Part shown: piece by piece, positions 11,395 through 23,641 of the stretch | How the letters are laid out: each line of letters begins with the position of its first letter | Numbering within the stretch: the stretch's first letter is position 1 | NCBI GenBank assembly: GCA_000004985.1 | Contig: GG738933.1 | Direction: 5' to 3' (one strand) | From: Naegleria gruberi | Lineage: Eukaryota | DNA: 64,000 bases | Notes under the pieces: generated by a model | Databases searched by the model: none | Told to the model about the DNA's origin: nothing | Seen by the model: only the letters and a program-made list of their open reading frames with translations | Position numbers and translations under genes: made by a program

Positions 11395-11887
11395 ATGATC
11401 ATTAAACATTCAGGTGTTTTTGCTGCAGGTGTTACTAGTTCATTGTTGGTTGGAGTGCATTTGTTAGCTGGTAAGTTGATACCTGTCACTAATCATTAGA
11501 AAATTAATTAATATTCAATATGTAATAGAAAAAAGAATTTTGGCAAGATTTTATGAATTAGAAAAAGAGAAAAAGGTTGAAACAGTTCCGGTTCTAGTTT
11601 TGAATGCCACTTGGCATGCAGTGACAGCAATCTTATTGGCTTCAGGTATTGTTTTCACATGCAATGGATTAGGATTAGATAAATTTACATTGTTCGGAAA
11701 TAAGTTACTTTCTACATCCTCTGATAGTGTAGATGTCATGAGTAAATTAAATTTAGGACTGTCACTTGTCTTGATCTACATGAAATTCAAACCAAGAAAT
11801 GATAATAAGGAAGGATTTTTGCAGAGAATATTACAAATGCCTCAATCGATTGCTTTCCTAACCATGTTTTTCTTAACCAGACAATAA
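11395..11887 (+). CDS. Small hypothetical membrane protein (2 exons, ~144 aa)
   Basis: Exon 1 is 11395..11470 (MIIKHSGVFAAGVTSSLLVGVHLLAG). A GTAAGT...ATAG intron spans 11471..11528. Exon 2 is 11529..11887 and continues in frame with the listed ORF. Confidence 0.35.
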
Positions 11888-12375
11888 AATCTTTCGAATT
11901 ACATTTCGACTATTCTGTAGTGTTAAAATATCCTAATTTCCAAAATATCTCAATAAATATCCTCCATTGAGTTTAGTTTGGCAGGTTGTATAATTTTCTT
12001 GTTGATTCCACAAGGAAACAAGAACAAATTAAACAATAAAACGAAACCTTTCGAATACCATTGTTATCAATCCATTCATACGCCAAAAACAACGCCATTA
12101 TGAGGCTACTACTCGAGTAACATACCGCCAACATCCATTTTTTGGTCCGCCATTCTCCACTTCTATTAATGGTCAATTAAGCGAGCTTCAAATGTCGTTA
12201 CTCCTTGTCATGCAGCACTTTCAACATTGTAAACGACACCATTCAATCAAAACTAAACTGTCGGGCCTAATCTGGAGGAGTAACAAGCCTCACACTGGCA
12301 AGGGACATGAATCGTTCAAGTCAGCAAGCATAATTTACACACTAAACACTTTCGAACAAAAAAAACTAAACAACA

Positions 12376-12944
12376 ACAATAACATGAAACTTGCTCTCTT
12401 CCTCATCTCTCTTGCTCTCTGTGTCCTCTCAGTTAGCTGTGCTTTCCGTACTCAATACATGTACCAAGGTACTGGTTGTCCAAGTGAAGCTTTCTACGTT
12501 TCCACTCGTGATTTGACCACAACTTGTAATGCCACAACATGTGCTCCATATAACAATGAAGAAAATGTTTTGAGTATTAAATGGGAATGTCCAACTGGTT
12601 TCCCAACTCCAGTTTCAAAGAGTGGTGAAATTTACATTTCCACATTCGATGATGCCTCTTGCTCTGCCACCAGTAAGAATAGATATGAAGTTTACAAGAC
12701 TAATGTCTGTATCAAGAGTAGCGTTATTTTTGGACCTTCTTATAATTCTGGTAAATATATTGGATGTGAAAAGTTTATCTTGTACACTGATGATGCTTGT
12801 AAAACTGAAGGTTCTACCAATTCTTTGACAATGAATACTTGTGGAACTGATAAGAAGATTTACAAGTGTGGTTCTGCTAGTGGATTGAGTGTTTCCATGA
12901 TGGTTATGCTTTTGGTAGCAATTTTGGGAATGTTCTCTTTCTAA
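12376..12944 (+). CDS. Secreted cysteine-rich protein with a C-terminal hydrophobic (GPI-anchor-like) tail
   Basis: Signal peptide MKLALFLISLALCVLSVSCA. There are about 14 Cys residues and a C-terminus GSASGLSVSMMVMLLVAILGMFSF. The ORF track starts upstream at a non-AUG codon. The first ATG preceding a signal peptide is at 12376. Confidence 0.5.
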
Positions 12945-12992
12945 ATTCATTATTAGAAAGTTTAAATTCTTACGAGAGAAATTTAACATAAT

Positions 12993-14712
12993 TTAATAAA
13001 TACGAAAATTCTTAAAAACTGATGATGGCAATGAAGTTTTTTGAGAAGGTTGGAATGTGAAATCGGATCTGAGGCAAATGTATCCATCCTCAATGACCAT
13101 GGCTGGATTATTGAGAGTGAGTCCCTTCATGACTGGAAGTGGAACTCCCTTCTGTCCAATAAACATGTTGGCAATTGGAATGACTCCAAATTCAATGACA
13201 GCTTTGATGGCATCTGACAAAAATCCAACAGAGAATTGACCAATGTTGGAGTATTGTAATGAGATGGAGGCATTCTTATAGGTGAAAGCAAAGGTAAGGT
13301 TGTTGTTTTGGAGAGTTGGCAATGTATCAAAAGCCATTTCAATCTTTAAAGCAAATGCATTGACAATGGTCTTGTCTGGTTTGATAATTTGGAAAATAGC
13401 AGATGCTTGAGCATCGAGTTCCAATCCAATTTGAGTATCAATGTTAGCAGTTGGAGCTGTTGCATCAGTAATATCCAATTGAATTTCACAATTGTTACAC
13501 AAAGAGTATAAACTTGGAACCAATGACGAGTAACTGCTAGTGTTAAATAACCATCCAAAATTCTTTGGAATATTGGCAGATGTCACAACAGTGTTCAAAA
13601 TATTAGCTTGTGAGCTAGCAAATCCAGCAGTATTTAAAACATATTGATCAATGAAAATTTCAATCATCTTATCACTTCCCAAGGTCTCCAACATTGTTGT
13701 TGGTTGGCCATTATAAACATTTCCACCCTTATTGAAGAACATTCCAGCAACTCCAATTGAAAAATGAGAGGAAGATTGATAAGTGACTTGTCTGAGAGAA
13801 GAGTCGAAAACAATACCATGCTTTAGGTCAAATTCTAGAGAAATTGTAGAGAGTGCCTTGGTAATTACTTCATTCAATGATTTTGTCAATTGTGATGTTA
13901 CCATGTTAGTGACATTATCCTCAATATGATGTTTAAAATTCTTGATGAAAAAGTTATAGAGCCATGATGCTCCTCCATGTAATTTGAGATCAAATTGACT
14001 GAAATGAGCTTGTACATTATTAACCGTGACTCCAAATTGGGTTGGGCTAAGAACTGAAATTTGTAATCCCAAACTAATGGCAACTGTTTTTCAAGATAAT
14101 TATTATTTAAAATCATTAGCAAAAATTATACATACTAGTAATGTGGGCATCTGCAGATCCATGATCACTAACAAAATGTTTCTTGTCATATTTCCAATTC
14201 TATCAAATTCAATTAAATTCATAAAGATAATTTCACACAAAATAACCTACACAATGCATATCAGCATGAGCCGATGGCAAATTTACCAACAATTCACCAT
14301 TTCCAATAGTCAAAACAGGTGTAGCCAATGAAACTCCACTAATTTGAATATTCGTAGCACTCAATTCAACCTTTCCAATTGGAGTATGATCTTCAGTATG
14401 AATATCCGGAATATTGAATCCACTACTCAACTTTTGTTGAATCAATGGCATGAATTGTTGTGCCATATAATTCAATGATCGTTGTTGAATCGAAATGGTC
14501 ATCCCAGGCAAGCCAGCAGCAGCTCCAACTTGGATATTAGCCTTTGATTTCAAACCTCTCATCATCATGTCCGATGAAGAATTAATTTTCATTCCGTGAT
14601 GATGATGATTCATTCTCATGGCCAACACTTGATCATTGGAAACAAGCAAGGCAACACTGATCAACAAGGTAACCAACAGGATGAAAACTCCTCCTCTTTC
14701 GTTTCTTTGCAT
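12993..14712 (-). CDS. BPI/LBP/CETP-family-like secreted lipid-binding protein (3 exons, ~538 aa)
   Basis: Exon 1 is 14712..14251 (signal peptide MQRNERGGVFILLVTLLISVALLVS). A GTAGGT...GATAG intron follows. Exon 2 is 14199..14136, followed by a GTATGT...ACAG intron. Exon 3 is 14083..12993. Phases close to 539 codons. The elongated beta-rich composition resembles the two-barrel BPI fold. Confidence 0.45.
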
Positions 14713-15503
14713 TTTTTTCTGATGAGTTTTTAAACGTAGAGTTACAGCGCTGTTTTTTAATTTTCCTTATTTGTGGATCCTTACTTGAAGAATTTCTGAA
14801 TATATGAACCAAGGCTAACCAATAATAATTCGATAATTTGTTGAGCATTGATGGGTTTTATTACTGCCATCAATCAAAAAAAAATGATAAAATATCAAAT
14901 TGTTGTTGACATTGGCACACTCAGCTCGGTAGCAGAGTTTCCGAAAATTAAAAAGATTAGGAATATTGTATTGGAAAATGTAGTAACCCAACTAGAAATA
15001 ACAAATAGTAAACGTGTTTTGACAAGTGACCAGTAGGTTTAGAATTTCAAAATAATTTTGATGATAATTCGGAATGTAGAGCAAATGTATTTATCAAGAT
15101 TAGTGGAAAATATTTCTACATTTGTTTTGCTTCTACGGAGGTGAAACAACGTGTTTGTTGGTCATTAATAGACGAAATGGAATCAGAAATGATGAAAAAT
15201 CAATTGACTAAAGAACGAATGAAAGAATTGAATGGATTTTACAATGATCCAAACAATGACAAGATACAAAAGCTTCAGAACGAAATTGAGAAAGTTCAGG
15301 ATGTACAAACAGAAAATATTACAAAAATCTTGAAAAGTCAAGTCGTTTTGGATTCAATGATTACGACTTCAGAAGATATAGAAGATTCGTCTCAATATTT
15401 TAAGAAGAATTCAAAAAAGACAAAGAGAAATGCTTGTGTGGTGATGTAGCCTTTAGTCCACTAACTCTGTAAAATATTTTAAATATTATTTTAATTAATT
15501 ATA

Positions 15504-17204
15504 TTAATAATATTCATCATCCTCACCATCCTCATCTTCTAATTCATCATCCTCATCTTCTGATTCAGCATAATCCGAGTCAAGCGAGTCATAGTCTTCT
15601 TCAGATTCGTCAGTAGATGATTCTTCAGTGATTGGTTTGAATTTCAGAGCTTGCGGAGGTAACACACAATTATTATACTTATCATGCAAAACCCTTGCAA
15701 ACAGGGCATTAAAATCACTACTCTTACTCAGATACAAACCTGTAATCTCGTTAGCCTCCTCTAAATTGAAAAACTCTGGATATAATTTTAGATAATAGAA
15801 TATGGCTGAATTAGTGACTTTAAGAGACTCTCTAAAAAAATAGGAAAGATCAGGCAACTTGTCAAAATCAATAGATATTGGAATTCTTGGATTTTTTTGT
15901 GCGACTCTTAGTAAAAAATTAGTGTCAGATGCAAACCTGGATTGATGAATTAACTCATGATCTCTAACACAGAGTTCATACCAAATTTCCTCATCTTCCT
16001 TGAAATAATCAAATTCAGGTGTAGTATATGATCTATTTTCACAACTTCTAATAATGGTAAGAATTTTTTCTCTATCTTGTAAAATATCTTGAGGAAGTCT
16101 GGGTAATACACTTAAATCTGATTTGACTGCTTGCAATAAAATGTCCCTATCATCTTGAAGGAATTCAGGAATAAATCGAAACGATTCTCTAACAGTATCC
16201 AAGCATGATAGGGCAAACTCCTTTTGCGAACGAAGATCAATTGGACAAATTGTAAAAATACTTGGTTCAATACTTGTAGCAGTCTTCATAAAGTCCCAAT
16301 CGTGGCTGAAATTTTTCAAAATACCAAACCTTATTAGATGGAAATAATAGCCCTTTTTCAATAGTTTGAAAATAAATTCCTTATCATTTAAAATTTCTTT
16401 TGGAATCAAGTTAATATCATCAATTGAATCAACACTATCAAATATTGCATCAAGAATTTCTCTATCCATGAGCATTGCTTTGGGTATATGTTTGATAATA
16501 TTCTTATTGGTTTGGAGAATTTCCATAACATTAGATTTATCTTCCATAAGTTCTTTCCACTTTTGAGGAAGCTGTGTTATATACCAACCATGTTTAAAAG
16601 CAAGCAATTGCATCTCTTCATCTTCCTCAAAGTGTGTTAAAAAATCTAATATTTTACCGTATTTGGTAATGAGCTGTATTGCATATTCTCTGTCTTGTAT
16701 GCTTTTTAAATATCTGTGAATAACATCCAAATCTGTATATCTAACAATTCGTGGTGTATTGAGAGCTTCCAATATAACGTCCTTGTCTTTACTTCTCAGA
16801 ACAGAAAAGCATTTTGGAGAACGTTTCACCATTTCTAAAGCTGTCTCATTATCAGTTTGAAACAATGTTCCTAAATTGAAAGCCAAACCTTCGGCCCATG
16901 ATTTTTCTAGAGTAAATGGATCCCTGCAGTGTTCTATTGGAATTCCATGAAATGTCTTTGGATTCGAAATTGTATCCCAAACTTGTCTCCTTCTCACTGT
17001 CCACAATCTCAACCCATCCATTTGTCTGGTCAATTTACGATAATTAATACAACACCAATCATTTTCATCGATTAGGTGGTTGCTATGTAAATCGATGAGA
17101 GTGATCACAACAGCTTGAATACTATTTGTTGATGATGAAGATGAAAACTTGATTCTTTTCGGATCCTGTTGTACTTCCTCCTGATGATGATTTAATCTTT
17201 TCAT
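15504..17204 (-). CDS. DUF4116-like repeat protein with an acidic C-terminal tail
   Basis: 566-aa ORF with repeated motifs (ILEALNTPRIVRY, MLMDREILDAIFDSV, DRDILLQAVKSDLSVLPRLPQDILQDREKILTII). The C-terminus is highly acidic (DE-rich). Confidence 0.4.
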   Translation of the reverse strand: MKRLNHHQEEVQQDPKRIKFSSSSSTNSIQAVVITLIDLHSNHLIDENDWCCINYRKLTRQMDGLRLWTVRRRQVWDTISNPKTFHGIPIEHCRDPFTLEKSWAEGLAFNLGTLFQTDNETALEMVKRSPKCFSVLRSKDKDVILEALNTPRIVRYTDLDVIHRYLKSIQDREYAIQLITKYGKILDFLTHFEEDEEMQLLAFKHGWYITQLPQKWKELMEDKSNVMEILQTNKNIIKHIPKAMLMDREILDAIFDSVDSIDDINLIPKEILNDKEFIFKLLKKGYYFHLIRFGILKNFSHDWDFMKTATSIEPSIFTICPIDLRSQKEFALSCLDTVRESFRFIPEFLQDDRDILLQAVKSDLSVLPRLPQDILQDREKILTIIRSCENRSYTTPEFDYFKEDEEIWYELCVRDHELIHQSRFASDTNFLLRVAQKNPRIPISIDFDKLPDLSYFFRESLKVTNSAIFYYLKLYPEFFNLEEANEITGLYLSKSSDFNALFARVLHDKYNNCVLPPQALKFKPITEESSTDESEEDYDSLDSDYAESEDEDDELEDEDGEDDEYY

Positions 17205-17356
17205 ATTTTCCTCTATTACTATTATTACTATTATTATTTAATTCTAAGAAGAATCGTTATGATTCATCAAAACAACGTTATGCTATTTTTTTGATTAAAT
17301 AATATTTAAATTTATTCCTAATATTATAATACTATTATTAAACAATATACGTACAA

Positions 17357-17887
17357 TTAAAATTGACATCTACCACAACCTCCTGGTGGACAAGCTGATG
17401 GAGGAGGTTGAGAAGTTTCCTTCAAATAAGCAGAATCCTTCTTTTGTAACTTTTCCGGGTCGACACTCTTCATAGCTTGCCATTCTCCATCAACTTTAAC
17501 AAATTGTGTAACGCCATCATTAGCCTTTGTTTGTTGTTGTTTAGAAATTGGTACTTTTGGAGTAATCATACAGAGAAATTTGAAACTCTCCTCAGCCTTC
17601 CTTCTCCAATCATTCAATGAAGACTTGGAAAATTCGGATTTTAATTGGGCGAGTACTTGCTTACGTTTACTTTCACTCTCAATATAGGAAGCTCTCTTTA
17701 CTAATTTTCTGTACCATTCTAATAATTCAGAGTTTGATGTTATTGTTGTTGTATGATGATTGGCTGCGGAAGAGGTAGAGTAGAAGCAATTTACTTTTTG
17801 ATGATGATTATTGGATAATACGACCCAAGGTCCAGTTCTGTTCCTTGTTGTGGAAAAGGCAACTCTTCTGATGAGGCAATTATTCAT
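17357..17887 (-). CDS. Hypothetical protein (possible mitochondrial presequence; LYR-like motif LLEWYRKLVKRAS)
   Basis: 176-aa ORF with an ATG start. The N-terminus is basic and S/T-rich. Confidence 0.3.
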   Translation of the reverse strand: MNNCLIRRVAFSTTRNRTGPWVVLSNNHHQKVNCFYSTSSAANHHTTTITSNSELLEWYRKLVKRASYIESESKRKQVLAQLKSEFSKSSLNDWRRKAEESFKFLCMITPKVPISKQQQTKANDGVTQFVKVDGEWQAMKSVDPEKLQKKDSAYLKETSQPPPSACPPGGCGRCQF

Positions 17888-18193
17888 TTTTTTTATTATA
17901 TTTAATATTTAAAATCTTGTAAAATAACAACACTAAATTGTCCTTTTACAGAAGATTAAGAAAATTACATAAAAAAAAATCAACAAACAACAAACTCTTC
18001 ATCAAATCCGTTGGATCCAAGGCTTTTTTCCTATCTTAAGCCGATCTGATCTGTACATTATTTTTTTGTATCATATATTTTAGCACCACGCGTATAAATA
18101 ATTATTTTCTTCATCATACAACAATAACAATAACATCAAACTCTAATTTAATATTAATATTTAATAATAATAACAATAACAAACAATAACAAA

Positions 18194-19581
18194 ATGGCCA
18201 AAAACAATGCAAGTTACAAGTTCAAATTTGAACATCAGGATGATCCTGATTATCCATCTAGTCTTGAAATTCTTCATACAATCACTCCGAGAAATCCTCA
18301 TGTAAAGAATTTGTTGGAGAAGGAAATTACTACGAATGAAAAGTTGGTCTTTTTACAGATAGTTATTGATTTGGTTCGTTATGTATTGACTGCTGCTCCT
18401 AATGATGGAGTAAGTGCTTATCAGGAAATGTTTGGTGCTGAACCAGAGATGAATCAGTTCAAATCATTGTTGTTTGATGAAAAGATTGGACTTTTGGAAG
18501 GAATTAGACAATACAATACTGAAAATCCAAAAGCTACAGAGTTTGAAGACAAGTCTAATGAAGCAAGTATTGAAAAGGAATTGTGGGATCAACCAAATGA
18601 GGACTTGTCAAAGAATTACATTCAAAAGAATATTCACACTTATTTGAAGGATGGAAAACATGAAGATTCTGCCTTCTTGGCCAATGTCAAGGAAAATATT
18701 TTCCAATTAACAACAGAGGAATATTTATTGTTGAGAAAATCTATTTATTTGAGTAATTCTGGAATTTACTTTTACATGAGAGGATGGGATCCAAATATCA
18801 GTCAATCACCACAAAGAATTGCCAAACTTGTTGTTGATAATATTGTTTGGAGATGGATCTATAAACCAGAGAAGACAAAATGGGAAGATGTTATTGAAAG
18901 TGCCAAATGTGGTTCCTTGTTTGATTATGGACTTGACAAGATGGGAAATCCAATGAGTAAGTTATTTCTCTTTCCAGTATTAACATTCAATTGGAATAAC
19001 AACAATGAATTCATCAACAAATAGTTTACATGGTTGTTGGAAGAGAAGATTTGAGTAGAAAATTGGATGATAGAGCAACTCTGTTAAGATTTAGACACTT
19101 GTGTTTGTGTTTCGAATACATTATGAATAGACTCTACGATGGATCGAGTCAAAACTATCTCGGTCAAGATAAGAGTCAATTTTTGGGATCTGCACCATTC
19201 CAAATTACATGGGTTGTAGATATTAAGGATGCCTCTCTTTCTATTGATCTGGTCAAGAAGATTAAGTTTATTTTTGACCTTTTGGGCTTTTATTACCCTG
19301 AGAGATCTGAAATTGTTTTTGTTATGAACATTCCATGGATGGCCAAGATGCTTTGGGCTGTCATTTCACAATTCCTTACTCAAAGACAGAGAAATCAATA
19401 TCAATTCTTGTCAGATCCATTCTTGACAAAACTCTCACAAAATATTGATACAAAATATGTTGGAGGTGATTTGGCAATTAGTGGAGTTGGAGCTGGCACT
19501 GAATCTGATTATACTTTTGATTTGGGAAGCAGAATCAAGGCCTGTAACAAGAGACCAGTAATTACCAAGTGGGTTGAATAA
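18194..19581 (+). CDS. SEC14/CRAL-TRIO phosphatidylinositol-transfer-like protein (2 exons, ~439 aa)
   Basis: Exons are 18194..18956 and 19025..19581, with a 68-nt GTAAGT...ATAG intron. The spliced product YGLDKMGNPM-IYMVVG matches SEC14 HGYDKDGRPLYF. Downstream, YYPERSEIVFVMNIPWMAKMLWAVISQFL...YVGGD matches the SEC14 lipid-binding fold. Confidence 0.7.
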
Positions 19582-19610
19582 ATATAGCAATTTTATTAAG
19601 TGGATTGATT

Positions 19611-21188
19611 TTACTCATAATCACCCAAGTAATCAACCAGAATATATCTAACACTCCTAGGGAATGGTTTAGAGTCGACTATTTGGGCAAAACTTTTCAA
19701 CGTTTTATAATCCATAAATTTCTTTCTGGATCCCTTATTCAAAAATTCCAATAATAAATCTACCCATTCTTTTTCATTACTGTAGGTACCAAAAGCACTA
19801 GTCATTTGACATGCTATAAAGATGAGAGGATCACGATAAGGAGCTTTAACATCCTCTTTAAATACCACTTTAGAAAATTTGCATAACAGACTCATAAGTG
19901 CGAGTAAATCGTCACTTCCCACATATCCATCGAAATTACAGGCAGTAATTCTGAAAATTAAAGGAAGGTTTGGATCATCATTAATTTTGGGAAGTAGAGT
20001 TTCAATATTCTTCAATATTTCCTTCTTTGGAACAACTTTACCGAATTGTGCAATAAGTTGCACCATAAAATCAACATTCAAATATGGAATATTGTGACAT
20101 TTCGAATAGGCATCAACTATTGCCAATCCCCTTCCATTAGCAAGTTTTTCACTCTTAAAAATCAAGCAATCCACAAGGAAATTTGGGATTACAAACTTGC
20201 ATTCCTCAAGTAAATATTCGAATCCATCTGATATTTGAGCAAAAAGTCTCATTCCTCTTTTTTCAAGTAAGTAATGTCCTATTAATCTTTGTGGTTTCTC
20301 AAAGAGGAATGATTTCAAAGAGGAATCCTTAGTTGTGTCCTTCTCTATATGATTTCTAATGAATTTCTCTTGTTTAGGACAATATTTGGCTGCAAAATCC
20401 AATAGAACCTTGAAAGTTTCGAATGAGGAAATTTCAATTTCAGTAAATGATAGCTCAACTTTTTCTCTCACCAATTGGACTTGATCGGATAAGACTAATG
20501 AGCTGTCCAAATATTGGAGAAACAATTCATAAAATTTCATAACTCCAAATCTTTGCAAATATTGACCACTGGCTATTTCTTGTGAAATTCGTCTTCCCAA
20601 TTCGAAACTTGCTTTTTGATCTTTCTTAAAAACAAGATTCAAATCACGTTTCACCCTTTTCATGAACATTTCACTGATTGAATAGCTAATGTGTTTCTTT
20701 TTCAACTCATCTTTTAGGAATTCGTTTACTTTCTTCCACTTTCTTTCGAATGCAACTTTTCTATCAATTTTTCTTCCATCTCCTTCGCCAAAGACTAGTT
20801 GAAGAGGTAAACGAATCAATTTCTTCAATTCATCTCCTTCTCTTCTTCTCAACTTGCCAATCACATATCCTTTCAATGATTTATGATAGTCAACTTTCTT
20901 GACATTTGACACTTTGTGTGCACCAGGTTCTTTATCATCACGGGAAAGCAATAAATTTTCGATAACTGGATGATCATCACCAAATAATTTTCTATATAAT
21001 TTCACACATTTGCTTTGTAACTTGACGTTTGTCATTTCCTTTCCTAGATGTGTTTTGCATTGTGTAAGCCAAACACTTGATGTCAATCCAGCATGCCAAG
21101 TTTTGTTTACCAAAACCACTGATGTAAGTTCAGCTAATGGACAAAACTCTAAAACATGACTGATGCAGTCAGCAATCAATAATGACAT
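19611..21188 (-). CDS. F-box domain protein
   Basis: 525-aa ORF. The N-terminus LIADCISHVLEFCPLAELTSVVLVNKTWHAGL is F-box-like. The remainder has no recognisable domain. Confidence 0.45.
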   Translation of the reverse strand: MSLLIADCISHVLEFCPLAELTSVVLVNKTWHAGLTSSVWLTQCKTHLGKEMTNVKLQSKCVKLYRKLFGDDHPVIENLLLSRDDKEPGAHKVSNVKKVDYHKSLKGYVIGKLRRREGDELKKLIRLPLQLVFGEGDGRKIDRKVAFERKWKKVNEFLKDELKKKHISYSISEMFMKRVKRDLNLVFKKDQKASFELGRRISQEIASGQYLQRFGVMKFYELFLQYLDSSLVLSDQVQLVREKVELSFTEIEISSFETFKVLLDFAAKYCPKQEKFIRNHIEKDTTKDSSLKSFLFEKPQRLIGHYLLEKRGMRLFAQISDGFEYLLEECKFVIPNFLVDCLIFKSEKLANGRGLAIVDAYSKCHNIPYLNVDFMVQLIAQFGKVVPKKEILKNIETLLPKINDDPNLPLIFRITACNFDGYVGSDDLLALMSLLCKFSKVVFKEDVKAPYRDPLIFIACQMTSAFGTYSNEKEWVDLLLEFLNKGSRKKFMDYKTLKSFAQIVDSKPFPRSVRYILVDYLGDYE

Positions 21189-21433
21189 TTTTTTGTATGT
21201 TGTGAATTTTAAAGCAAAATTTGTGAATCTTTTATACAGGTCAATGAGTTATTTTTACACTTTCTAATAATGTTCTTGGCATGTTCCTGTGTGTTATTGT
21301 TTTGATTTTTTGTAATGCTTATAATCAATGATAAAAAAATTGTCACTCGGAGTATTATATTTTGGTGATCTTTCATCGTTATAGTGCAAATATTTAAGTG
21401 AAAATAATGACCTTTTTCAAAGTTGAGTTTTGT

Positions 21434-23641
21434 TTAGTATTGAATATTTGAAAAGGAAGCACCAATATGATGGCGAGAGGAGTTTAGAGTTCTATCATGG
21501 AATGATCTACTATATGAGTTTTTGGAGTGTTTAGAGTTGGGCGAGCTGGCAATCAAGATTGGAGCAGAGGTAGTTCTATAAGTGGAAGAATTGGAGGGCA
21601 TATTACTATTAGGAGATGTGGGAGTAGAAGGCATAATGGTGGTAGTATTTGGTGATGGATTTCTACTCGATGGAGAGCAAGTACCTCTGAGTGTCTTTTC
21701 AAAGTAATCTGTTCGATCTCTCAATTGTTCATAAACTGATTCTCCATTATTATTCTTTGCATTAATGTCCACTCTTGAATCTCCCCAAAGATAATTAATG
21801 ATAGAAATGATATTCATCTTCTTTTCCTTGAGTTGAATTTCAACAAAACTCTTCTTTCTCTTTCCAGAGGAGGCAGGAATAGAGTTTGTTGGTGATGTTG
21901 GAGAGGTTGGTTCTGAAAGAAGAGCTCCATTCACCATGATACTATTCCGTTTTCTGTTCAAATCCCCAAGTGCAGAAACTGCTGCATGAAGTGGTGTTTC
22001 TCCCTTCTTGTTTCTAAGAGAAAAGAAGACTTTTGAATAGTCAATAGTGGAGGGTATTCCACTATTTGTTGTAGATGGAGTTGGTGAATTTTCTGATTGT
22101 TGCAGAGCAGAAAATGAGCTGGGAACAATATTATGTTCATTCAATATTTGGAATCCATGCATTAGAGTCTTTGCAACCTCAATATTTCCATAATGACAGG
22201 CAAGATGGAGAGGAGTATTCTCCTCATAGTCTTTGGCTTCCAGTAATTGACATAGCTCAGAGGCGGATATAGTTAAAAAGAGTACTCGAATAAAATCTAC
22301 ACAGTGATCTCCTCCATTGAGACAAGACAAATGAAGACAATTTCGTTTTTGAGAATCAACTTGGCTAGCTAAAGATGATCTATTTCCCTTGGAGCTAAGT
22401 AATCCCCTAGATGATGATAATTTGGATACGCTTTGTTTCTCCAGAGCCATTTGTTCATATTTCAAGAGGTAGGAGAGGACTCTAAGTTTCTTCCACTTTC
22501 TTTCATTTCCCAACGATTCAAAGTTTGAATCATCCTCATTGTTCGACAAGTCAATACTAAGCTTGGTGACACGAGCCACATCTCCCTCCAAGCTGTCCTT
22601 AGAATAGCACTTGATAGCGTGCAAGAATGGTGTACATTTGAATTGATCTTGAGAGTGTAAGGAAGGTGATCGATTGGCATTAGTTTCCAATAAAAATTTG
22701 AGCCCTTTCAAATCAAAGTTTTCTGCAACTTGATGCAGCAATGAATGTGAAGAGCCAGTCTTTTTCAAGTTAATTAATTGAGGTTGATGGTCGATTAGAT
22801 ATTGGCAAATTTCAAAGTGAGAGTTTTGAATGGCAACATGAATTGGTGTATTTCCAAAATTGTCCCTCATTGAAGAAATATCCAATTGCTTACCATACTT
22901 TGAGTAGGTTCCTAGGTATACAGTTATCGATTGAATAGATCCAGAACTACAGGCATAATGTAGAGGATTTGACATGTTTGAATCCAATACGTAGAAGGCA
23001 TTTTGACCTCCATATTTCAGCAGGAAGAAAACCAGTTTGAATTTGTTAAATTGGCAAGCACGATGAAGTAAACTTGCTCCTCGAGAATCTGATGTAAAGT
23101 CCTTAATTGCACAAATATCAATAGAGTTAGTCTTGTTGTTGGAGAGGGAGAAGGATCTCTTTTTGGATGAGAAGAATGACTTGTCGAGAAATACTTCATC
23201 CTCTTCGTCTAGTGTGAGTCCAAAATATTCCACTATTTCCGATATGATTGTTTCTTCTACATTTTTGTATTTGAGAAACTCTCTTCTATGACTAAGAACC
23301 AACTCGTGAATACGGTCTTCAGTCCCTCTTCTTTTCAACAATGAAAGAGTATCTGCATCAGAATCGTCTACCATGAGCAAAGTTCCAATGTATTCTGATA
23401 ATTCCATATTTCTTGGAATATCGGGTATTACAGGTTGATTTGTGGCAGATTTATCAAAATATGCTCTCGAGCTCAATCGTTTTAAATCTTTTTCAATTTC
23501 TTGTTGATTACCCGAGGTTAGACGAAACCATCTATTGAACATATCTTGTTCCTTCATATGTGGACTGCTCCTTGTTGATGAGTTAGAATGTTGTTGTTGT
23601 TGTGTCACTCCAGTAATTGATTCGGAAAATTTTCCAGACAT
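21434..23641 (-). CDS. Ankyrin-repeat protein with an S/T/P/N-rich C-terminus
   Basis: 735-aa ORF with several ANK consensus repeats (GASLLHRACQFNKFKLVFFLLKYG, GNTPIHVAIQNSHFEICQYLI, NTPLHLACHYGNIEVAKTLM, GETPLHAAV). Confidence 0.6.
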   Translation of the reverse strand: MSGKFSESITGVTQQQQHSNSSTRSSPHMKEQDMFNRWFRLTSGNQQEIEKDLKRLSSRAYFDKSATNQPVIPDIPRNMELSEYIGTLLMVDDSDADTLSLLKRRGTEDRIHELVLSHRREFLKYKNVEETIISEIVEYFGLTLDEEDEVFLDKSFFSSKKRSFSLSNNKTNSIDICAIKDFTSDSRGASLLHRACQFNKFKLVFFLLKYGGQNAFYVLDSNMSNPLHYACSSGSIQSITVYLGTYSKYGKQLDISSMRDNFGNTPIHVAIQNSHFEICQYLIDHQPQLINLKKTGSSHSLLHQVAENFDLKGLKFLLETNANRSPSLHSQDQFKCTPFLHAIKCYSKDSLEGDVARVTKLSIDLSNNEDDSNFESLGNERKWKKLRVLSYLLKYEQMALEKQSVSKLSSSRGLLSSKGNRSSLASQVDSQKRNCLHLSCLNGGDHCVDFIRVLFLTISASELCQLLEAKDYEENTPLHLACHYGNIEVAKTLMHGFQILNEHNIVPSSFSALQQSENSPTPSTTNSGIPSTIDYSKVFFSLRNKKGETPLHAAVSALGDLNRKRNSIMVNGALLSEPTSPTSPTNSIPASSGKRKKSFVEIQLKEKKMNIISIINYLWGDSRVDINAKNNNGESVYEQLRDRTDYFEKTLRGTCSPSSRNPSPNTTTIMPSTPTSPNSNMPSNSSTYRTTSAPILIASSPNSKHSKNSYSRSFHDRTLNSSRHHIGASFSNIQY

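Noticed and set aside
15141-15449. 102-aa coiled-coil-like ORF on +
   Set aside because: It is plausible as a small gene (ATG start, K/E-rich), but there is no domain or splice evidence, so it was not listed as a feature.
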